Part shown: positions 17,803 to 19,427 of the stretch, piece by piece
How the letters are laid out: the number at the start of each line of letters is the position of its first letter
Position numbering within the stretch: position 1 is the stretch's first letter
NCBI GenBank assembly: GCA_031362565.1
Contig: JANLSU010000008.1
Coordinates: 1 to 19,427 of the forward strand
Reading direction: 5' to 3'
From: a bacterium
GTDB lineage: Bacteria > Krumholzibacteriota > Krumholzibacteriia > G020349025
DNA: 19,427 nucleotides
Notes under the pieces: generated by a model
Seen by the model: only the letters and a program-made list of their open reading frames with translations
The model's database searches: none
Told to the model about the DNA's origin: nothing
Program-made: the position numbers and the translations under genes

Positions 17803-18010
17803 GGCAACGACGGGCGGTTCGACGGCGAACCTCGTCGCTATCCAACCGACGGCTGCGGTAATCCGAGGATTCTTACGCAGCAGGTCCTGCTCGCGGGTCT
17901 CGAGGGGCCGCTCCCCCGAGTGAAGACAACTTCGACAGCCCGCTCGTAGCACTGTCTTGAGCTACAACGCTGCTCTCTACTCGGAATGTCGACCTGGTTG
18001 GGAATCAGGA
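17803..18010 (+). pseudogene. telescoped relic of a paralog of the beta-helix gene at 7987-9375
   Basis: Four collinear blocks match 8021-8056, 8431-8514, 8740-8758 and 8881-8939, with the intervening sequence deleted and a 2-nt frameshift in the last block. Confidence 0.88.
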
Positions 18011-19427
18011 CAGCTGGTCCAACCCATACCGCCGCACCAGCGCCGCAAACCGCGGATCGCTCCGGATGGGATCCAACCGCGGGTGCACCCGCAGGAAGAT
18101 CAACCCGGTCGCGCCCTCATCCATCGCGGTATCGAGCCAGCGGAACGCGTCGTCGACGTCGCCCAGGCTGGCATGCACCGCGGCGATACCCCACGCCGAC
18201 ACGACGCGCTGTGAGCGGGCGGCGGTGAGTTCGGTGAGCATGCGCCGTGCGGCGTCGACGTTGCCACTGCTCGCCTCGAGATGCGCCAGGCCGAAGGATG
18301 GCCCCGCGACGGCGCCGGCCAACCGGCGGCCTTCCTCGTACTCGGCGCGGGACTCGTCGAAGTTGCCGAGTGCTTCCAACGAGCGCGCGAGATCGGTGTG
18401 CGCGCCGTCGAAGCGGGGGTCGAGCCGGATCGCCTTGCGGTAGTAGCCGGCGGACTTCTCGTATTCGCGCGCATAGTAGTAAGCGTCGCCGACCGCCGTA
18501 TGCAGGATCATCGACAGAGGATCGAGGCTCACGGACTTGAGCATCGCCTCCTGGGCCTCGGCGTGACGCTCGGTACAGTAGTAGATGCGTCCGAGCACGT
18601 GATACGCTGGCGTGAGCCCGGGATTCAGTTCGATCGCCTTCTGCAGCGACCGGATTGCCCCCGGCAGATCGCGTTCGAACGCTTGAACGCCGCCCAGCAC
18701 CGAGTAGGCGTCGGCCAGCGAGTCGTCCAGTTCGAGAGCCTTCATCGCGGCGGCGCGCGCTTGCGCGCACGCTTCGGCAGGCGGCGCCATGCCGCGCGCG
18801 GCGCGTGTGTAGTGGCACTCGGCCACGCCGGCCCACGCCGGCGCGTACATCGGATCGAGTTCGAGGGCGCGCTGGAAATACCGCAGGCTCAAATCGATGG
18901 CTTCCGGCGAACTCGCGGCCACTGTGTGCTGGCCCTTGAGGTATTCCAAGTGCGCTGCCGGGTTCACCTCTTGCTGCCGGGCGAGACGTTGCGCCTCGCC
19001 GGGCGTGACGCGAATGGCGATCTCCTTCGCAACAGCGCCCGCGACTTCACTCTGCAGGGTCAGGATGTCCTCGAGATCGCGGTCGTAGCGATCGCTCCAC
19101 AACATCTCGTCTTGCCGGGCGGAAACGAGCTGCACGCTGATGCGGACTCGGTTGCCGACGAGGAGTGCCGAGCCTTCGATGATGGCGTCGACATTCAACT
19201 CGCTCGCGATCTCGGGCAGCGCCCGATGGACGCCTTTGTATTTCATGGCGCTGGTGCGCGAGATGACACGCAAATGCCGCAGGCGCGCCAAGTCGGAGAT
19301 CAGCGCTTCGGTCATGCCGTCCGCGAAGTACTCCTGGGCCGGGTCGCGCGACAGGTTGTCGAGCGGCAGAACGGCAAGCGAACGGATGACGCCCGGTTCG
19401 GTGACGGCGCTTTCGCGCTGCCCACCG
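18005..19427 (-). CDS. TolB-N-like + TPR repeat protein (C-terminal part; 5' end beyond right edge; such modules usually follow a kinase, cyclase or winged-helix domain)
   Basis: Frame open to the edge: IRSLAVLPLDNLSRDPAQEYFADGMTEALISDLA, VISRTSAMKYK, VDAIIEGS, WSDRYDR, TPRs (ALELDP, AIELNP, AIRLDP), terminal DPIRSDPRFAALVRRYGL. Confidence 0.92.
   Translation of the reverse strand, partial: GGQRESAVTEPGVIRSLAVLPLDNLSRDPAQEYFADGMTEALISDLARLRHLRVISRTSAMKYKGVHRALPEIASELNVDAIIEGSALLVGNRVRISVQLVSARQDEMLWSDRYDRDLEDILTLQSEVAGAVAKEIAIRVTPGEAQRLARQQEVNPAAHLEYLKGQHTVAASSPEAIDLSLRYFQRALELDPMYAPAWAGVAECHYTRAARGMAPPAEACAQARAAAMKALELDDSLADAYSVLGGVQAFERDLPGAIRSLQKAIELNPGLTPAYHVLGRIYYCTERHAEAQEAMLKSVSLDPLSMILHTAVGDAYYYAREYEKSAGYYRKAIRLDPRFDGAHTDLARSLEALGNFDESRAEYEEGRRLAGAVAGPSFGLAHLEASSGNVDAARRMLTELTAARSQRVVSAWGIAAVHASLGDVDDAFRWLDTAMDEGATGLIFLRVHPRLDPIRSDPRFAALVRRYGLDQLS

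Noticed and set aside
17557..17952. 132-aa N-terminal extension of IaaA in the ORF track
   Set aside because: Runs through the antisense relic and intergenic DNA; a good RBS precedes GTG 17556.
17803..18010. Possible diversity-generating retroelement template/variable repeat pair with 8021-8939
   Set aside because: Differences are mostly third-codon-position and not adenine-specific, the copy is discontinuous, and no reverse transcriptase is in the window.

Overview
GC-rich bacterial DNA in three parts. (1) Left: a minus-strand Ser/Thr kinase-STAND ATPase-TPR gene that runs off the left edge and is absent from the ORF track. It is divergent from a plus-strand lipid catabolism cluster (fadI-like thiolase, fadJ-like multifunctional subunit, patatin, alpha/beta esterase). 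(2) Middle, about 7.9-18.0 kb, an accessory region. It opens with a chimeric, probably dead ORF (signal peptide + Ig-like + beta-helix, fused to half a beta-lactamase-family serine hydrolase) between two identical 23-bp direct repeats. Next is a tightly coupled minus-strand operon: DUF1611/BioD-like P-loop protein, two paralogous alpha/beta hydrolases, a HlyD/EmrA adaptor, and a 7TM-transglutaminase-associated membrane domain fused to an atypical Ddl-like ATP-grasp domain. An isoaspartyl peptidase lies upstream of it. The region closes with a 210-bp telescoped relic of the beta-helix gene. (3) Right: the C-terminal TolB-N-like/TPR part of a gene running off the right edge. The best candidate for an undescribed system is the 10.0-17.6 kb operon, which looks like a membrane-anchored amide/peptide-polymer synthesis, export and turnover module with no conventional transporter. 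All family calls are from motif recognition by eye; no searches were run.
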